Shown: piece by piece, positions 61,401 to 64,000 of the stretch
Layout: every line of letters starts with the position of its first letter
Numbering within the stretch: position 1 is the stretch's first letter
Source of the DNA: an uncultured Fluviicola sp.
GTDB lineage: Bacteria; Bacteroidota; Bacteroidia; Flavobacteriales_D; Crocinitomicaceae
Direction of reading: 5' to 3'
NCBI GenBank assembly: GCA_966248825.1
Contig: CBINBC010000015.1
Location: 1-64,000, forward strand
Length of the DNA: 64,000 nucleotides
The notes under the pieces: model-generated
Databases searched by the model: none
The model's input: only the letters and a program-made list of their open reading frames with translations
Told to the model about the DNA's origin: nothing
Made by a program: the position numbers and the translations under genes

Positions 61401-61804
61401 TGAGGAGTCAAAGCTCCCTGTGTAAATCCGAAATCACGGTTTCCTTTGATATAAATAGGTCGACCTTCACGCGTTTTAACAACAATACTTGCGTAAGCAT
61501 TTCCATCGTAATAAGTGGATGCATACCAAGTTGCAACACCCGGATTTACGTTTTCCGGTTTCACAACGTAAGGAATAGCTTTTGTAACCGGAGCTTCACA
61601 TGCAGCAACTGTAGCAGCTGCAACACTGAATCCTAAGAATTTCAAGAAGTCACGACGTGCCGTAGATGTTTCAGCAAGTTGATCATCACCTAAGAATTCG
61701 TCAACAGAAACAGACGGAGAAAACTCCTGGTCTCTTGACTCAATGAATGCTGGCGTTTCATGCAATTCATCAAGACCTTTCCAATATTTTTTTGACATAG
61801 CCAT
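58487..61804 (-). CDS. actB: Alternative complex III subunit ActB (Tat-exported molybdopterin-oxidoreductase-like + 4Fe-4S cluster protein)
   Basis: Tat motif ARRDFLKFLGFSVAAATVAA. C-terminal ferredoxin-like Cys clusters (CFGCGVCVIACQ, CQQCNHAPCETVCP, CIGTRYCANNCP). 1105 aa. Confidence 0.9.
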   Translation of the reverse strand: MAMSKKYWKGLDELHETPAFIESRDQEFSPSVSVDEFLGDDQLAETSTARRDFLKFLGFSVAAATVAACEAPVTKAIPYVVKPENVNPGVATWYASTYYDGNAYASIVVKTREGRPIYIKGNRDFGFTQGALTPQIVSSVLSLYDNARLKTAQAKGGKDISWDKLDDAVQAELAKIKKSNGKVAFVANSVISPSMQGAIVDLSTSIYGEVKDANGMATVHPNFNFIQYDAISYAGMREANLESFGMRAIPDYDFTQAKTIVSIGADFLSTWLLGNAFSADYGKRRNPDGEWMSKHFQFESTMSITGSNADYRGMIKPSEQANVLAYILGKFGVNAGISSALPKEAQAVADQAVKALKASKGMSVVVSGSNNKAIQILTNKLNNVLGAYGKTILFDKQLQLFQSEDAKMQKLVSDVIAGKGPDAVFFLGTNPVYNLPNGKAFAEALEKVKISVSLSGYGDETATKCTYIAPDHHALESWMDYNPKAGHYAIAQPTIRPLFDTASAMESLLVWAGKKNRGGKDSRVAYEYIQKNWEIYGFPYQTKYSDFNTYWEMAIHNSCHEDMVMPGAATPIAFNDASMGKVAGKLPKSGSLEVVLYQKAGIGNGDMAGNPWLQEMPDPISKVTWDNYITMSPETMRKEGYATIFDQENGLNTATVKVGGESITLPVYPSPGQAAGTIGIALGYGRGEGNENIGNAAFVTKQYGGFETDEKGNRVSVGKNAFRFLTWENGTYQNNVVGSIAKAGNDLYPIAATQIHHTVMSRNSIVRETTLDIYQNEEPGAYNHKHVLHTHEGEVPISEFDLWDAHPVENIGHRWGMTIDLNQCFGCGVCVIACQAENNIPVVGKDEVRRGREMHWLRIDRYFASSEEAAVGTRKDPVLGHLDYVESEIPTANPAVVHMPMMCQQCNHAPCETVCPVAATTHSNEGLNQMTYNRCIGTRYCANNCPYKVRRFNWFNYPSYKKFTEINPAQDDLGRMVLNPDVTVRTRGVMEKCSFCVQKIQSVKLDAKTQNRTVQDNELESACSEACPAGAIVFGDWNDVNSKIRKVSADKRSYQALEEVGVKPNVWYQVKVRNNENAELDRLVAEEHHGSHGAHAGKHESKSNH

Positions 61805-61831
61805 AATCTTTGTTCTACTGTTCTGGATTGA

Positions 61832-63169
61832 TTAATAGTGACATTTAGCACATTCCCAACCACCTAATTCTTTAACCGTTATTTTCTTGTCCTCAAGGAA
61901 CTTGTTGTATAATTTTCTGTCTTTTAACAAACGGTTATGTATTTCATTGTAATAATTGCTTCCTTTTGAATCCAATGACCCTGAAGAGATTTCTTTCTCA
62001 GCGTGACATTCGATACACCATCCCATTGTCAAAGTTGCTTTTGTCAACGGAACGTTACCTTCGATCTTGTTCAATTCGGAAACCGGCTGAACTTTAGCAG
62101 TTTCATTCATTTTTGTCATATCACCGTGACACTGCTTACAATCTACCTGTCCTGCAACTACGTGCTGCTGGTGGTTGAAGTAAACGTGATCAGGTAAAAC
62201 GTGAACTTTGTTCCAGATAATTTCTTTTGTTTTCCCGGAGTATTTCTGAGTTGCAGGATCGTAACCGGCAGCAGCATAAATCTTAGCGATTTTCTCTTGC
62301 TGTTCCGGAGTATTTCCGTTGATCTGCTTGTGACAGTTCATACAAACGTTCACCGTTGGAATACCTGCTGTTCTTCCATCAATTGCAGAGTTGTGGCAAT
62401 ACTTACAATCGATCCCGTTCTTTCCTGCGTGAATATCATGCGGGAATTCGATCGGCTGTGATGGTTGATAATCTTCCAATACTCCGATTGAATACAGTGA
62501 AAGGAATAATGACACGATCAAAGACATCACGATCACCAATCCTCCAAGACCAACATAACGCTTGTATTTCCAAGCCCATGCCTTGAATTCCTGCCCGAAT
62601 GAAAGCTCATCATTCACAGCCTGACCTTCATGTTCTCTTGTTGCATTTCTCAACTGACGACGAACTCCGCCAACAGCCATAATAATTACTGCAAAGACAA
62701 CACCCATCAAGATCCAAACCCATGAAAGTCCGTCCTCTTCTACTTCTCCTGCAACGCCTGCGCCAGCCCCGGCATCTCCAGTCGCAACAGCAGCAGCCGG
62801 ATCAGGTTGCTCATCAATCCAATTAAAGATTGCATCGATCTCTTCAGTTTTTCCAGCCAAATCCGGGAATGTATTCATTGCCGTCGACTTTAAACCAGAA
62901 ACTTTTTTCGCATACGGGTCTGCAGCAGCAGCAGCATTCCAGTTCGCTACCCACAAATAGATAGATCCTTCCTTCGCACCTTCTGAAGCCCATTTTTCAC
63001 GGACTTTAAAAAGTTTCGGACCAGTACCATCTTTGTGCGGAGAGTGACATGTAGCACACTTCGCTTTAAATAACGCTCCGCCATCAACCTGAGCGAAACT
63101 ATCAAATGCACCAACAACAAATACTGTTGAAAGCGCACCGATACACCATTGTTTTATACTTCTAAACAT
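61832..63169 (-). CDS. actA: Alternative complex III multihaem cytochrome c subunit ActA (6 CxxCH)
   Basis: CATCHS, CKYCHN, CMNCHK, CKQCHG, CIECHA, CAKCHY. Signal peptide plus an internal TM helix. Confidence 0.88.
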   Translation of the reverse strand: MFRSIKQWCIGALSTVFVVGAFDSFAQVDGGALFKAKCATCHSPHKDGTGPKLFKVREKWASEGAKEGSIYLWVANWNAAAAADPYAKKVSGLKSTAMNTFPDLAGKTEEIDAIFNWIDEQPDPAAAVATGDAGAGAGVAGEVEEDGLSWVWILMGVVFAVIIMAVGGVRRQLRNATREHEGQAVNDELSFGQEFKAWAWKYKRYVGLGGLVIVMSLIVSLFLSLYSIGVLEDYQPSQPIEFPHDIHAGKNGIDCKYCHNSAIDGRTAGIPTVNVCMNCHKQINGNTPEQQEKIAKIYAAAGYDPATQKYSGKTKEIIWNKVHVLPDHVYFNHQQHVVAGQVDCKQCHGDMTKMNETAKVQPVSELNKIEGNVPLTKATLTMGWCIECHAEKEISSGSLDSKGSNYYNEIHNRLLKDRKLYNKFLEDKKITVKELGGWECAKCHY

Positions 63170-63468
63170 CTGATTATTAGATATTTTTGTTTCTAAAATA
63201 AGTTGTCAACCCTCTATTAATACAGCAATTGACGATGGCAAATTTAGAAGAATAAGGGGTTTCTGTGACAGTTTTATGACAATTTCTGCGCCCGTTTTTT
63301 TAATTTAAAATGATTCTAAATAACTTGATTCTTTCACATTTCTTAACAATCCCCTAATTTGCTACAACTTACGTGCTTTTATGGGGTTTCGAACGGGATT
63401 TTTTGGCATGATTTTTTTCAGTGAAATCAGCAAAAACAGAATGAATCGAGCGCCTAAAAAAAATCGGT

Positions 63469-63476
63469 TAACTTTG
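63469..63476 (+). promoter_or_regulatory. Candidate -7 promoter element (TAACTTTG) for the SPOR-domain gene
   Basis: TAnnTTTG match 17 nt upstream of the ATG at 63494. No clear -33 element. Confidence 0.3.
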
Positions 63477-63493
63477 CCAAAAAGCTATCGGAT

Positions 63494-63874
63494 ATGAAAA
63501 AATTGATTTTGGTAACAGCACTTACTATTACTTCCTACTTTGGAAGTGCACAGGTAACTATTGTAAAAGACAGTAGAATTGATGATTTGGTGCATGCTCA
63601 AAGTCAGGGATCTTCTTCTGAAATCATCGGATACCGTTTGCAATTGACATTTGATTCCAGCAAGTCGGTTATTGATGATTCCCGATCACGTTTTTCAGCA
63701 CAATTTCCCAAAGTGGACACTTACGTGGAATTCGTTGCTCCGCATTATTTTTTAAAAGTAGGTGATTTCAGAACGCAGCTGGAAGCCGAGAAGGTAAAAA
63801 CTGCTACAGCCGCACAATTTCCTACCGGTTTTATCGTGAAAGAGAAAATTAATTTGCCCAGGATCGATCAATAA
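63494..63874 (+). CDS. SPOR-domain (septal peptidoglycan-binding) lipoprotein-like protein
   Basis: Signal peptide. SPOR-like core (GYRLQLTFDSSKS…APHYFLKVGDFRTQLEAEK…FPTGFIVKE). Confidence 0.7.
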   Translation: MKKLILVTALTITSYFGSAQVTIVKDSRIDDLVHAQSQGSSSEIIGYRLQLTFDSSKSVIDDSRSRFSAQFPKVDTYVEFVAPHYFLKVGDFRTQLEAEKVKTATAAQFPTGFIVKEKINLPRIDQ

Positions 63875-64000
63875 TTATCAATTATGAATCAGGTAATTAT
63901 CAAGAAGAACAACCTCGACTATTGATCATTCAAAAATTGATAATTTCCCAAATCATTCTTCGAGCAGGCGATTTCGTATCCTTTTACCAGAAATGTATCC

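Noticed and set aside
1-64000. Mobile elements, prophage or a CRISPR-Cas or other defence island
   Set aside because: I did not recognise any integrase, transposase, recombinase, phage structural, Cas, restriction-modification or toxin-antitoxin genes in the ORF translations. The only mobile-element-like feature is the 154-bp MITE-like element at 51063-51216.

Overview
This 64 kb window looks like chromosomal DNA from a Bacteroidota genome, probably Flavobacteriia or Cytophagia-like. The evidence is many proteins ending in type IX secretion (T9SS) C-terminal sorting domains, intergenic regions without Shine-Dalgarno sequences that carry TAnnTTTG -7 promoter motifs, and an ATP synthase operon (atpBEFHAG) that lacks atpDC. 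Coding density is high and most genes lie on the minus strand. I found no tRNA, rRNA, CRISPR array, transposase, integrase or phage genes.

The main blocks are listed below.
- 1-2350: the 5' end of a large secreted hypothetical protein.
- 2.7-10.8 kb, housekeeping genes: M28 peptidase, tdk, a fused MurF-alanine racemase, OmpA, an AraC-HTH/O6-methylguanine methyltransferase (Ogt) fusion, and a PiuC-like Fe(II)/2OG dioxygenase.
- 11-23 kb, an island of T9SS-secreted enzymes: PhoD, a Gly-rich beta-helix-like protein, two purple-acid-phosphatase-like metallophosphoesterases that share an unusual N-terminal module, and a di-heme cytochrome c peroxidase.
- 24.0-26.0 kb: flotillin.
- 27.4-33.5 kb: the F-type ATP synthase operon, carrying a highly structured element and a recurrent AATTGAAAA motif.
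- 33.5-37.9 kb: a TPR lipoprotein (SprE/PorW-like, tentative), CvpA and YebC.
- 38.0-41.4 kb: a secreted lipase-like protein, a small ORF flanked by compound dyad elements, and RseP.
- 42.3-47.9 kb: a DUF1501/DUF1800 pair in which DUF1501 carries a T9SS C-terminal domain, next to a secreted CotH-kinase/lamin-tail-domain protein.
- 47.9-51.0 kb: QueG, a secreted hypothetical protein and RuvB.
- 51.3-63.2 kb: the complete alternative complex III (actABCDEF) fused operonically to caa3-type cytochrome oxidase coxII-coxI.
- 63.5-63.9 kb: a SPOR protein.

The most unusual items are non-coding: a ~145-nt nested-hairpin element between the atpI-like gene and atpB; a 154-bp MITE-like element with ~33-bp terminal inverted repeats between coxI and ruvB; and a 9-mer (AATTGAAAA/TTTTCAATT) that recurs in the atp operon intergenic regions, at the atpE stop, just upstream of the STAS-like gene start (inside the ogt 3' end) and upstream of yebC. 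The T9SS phosphatase/Gly-rich island and the DUF1800/DUF1501/CotH cluster are the best candidates for poorly described protein systems.
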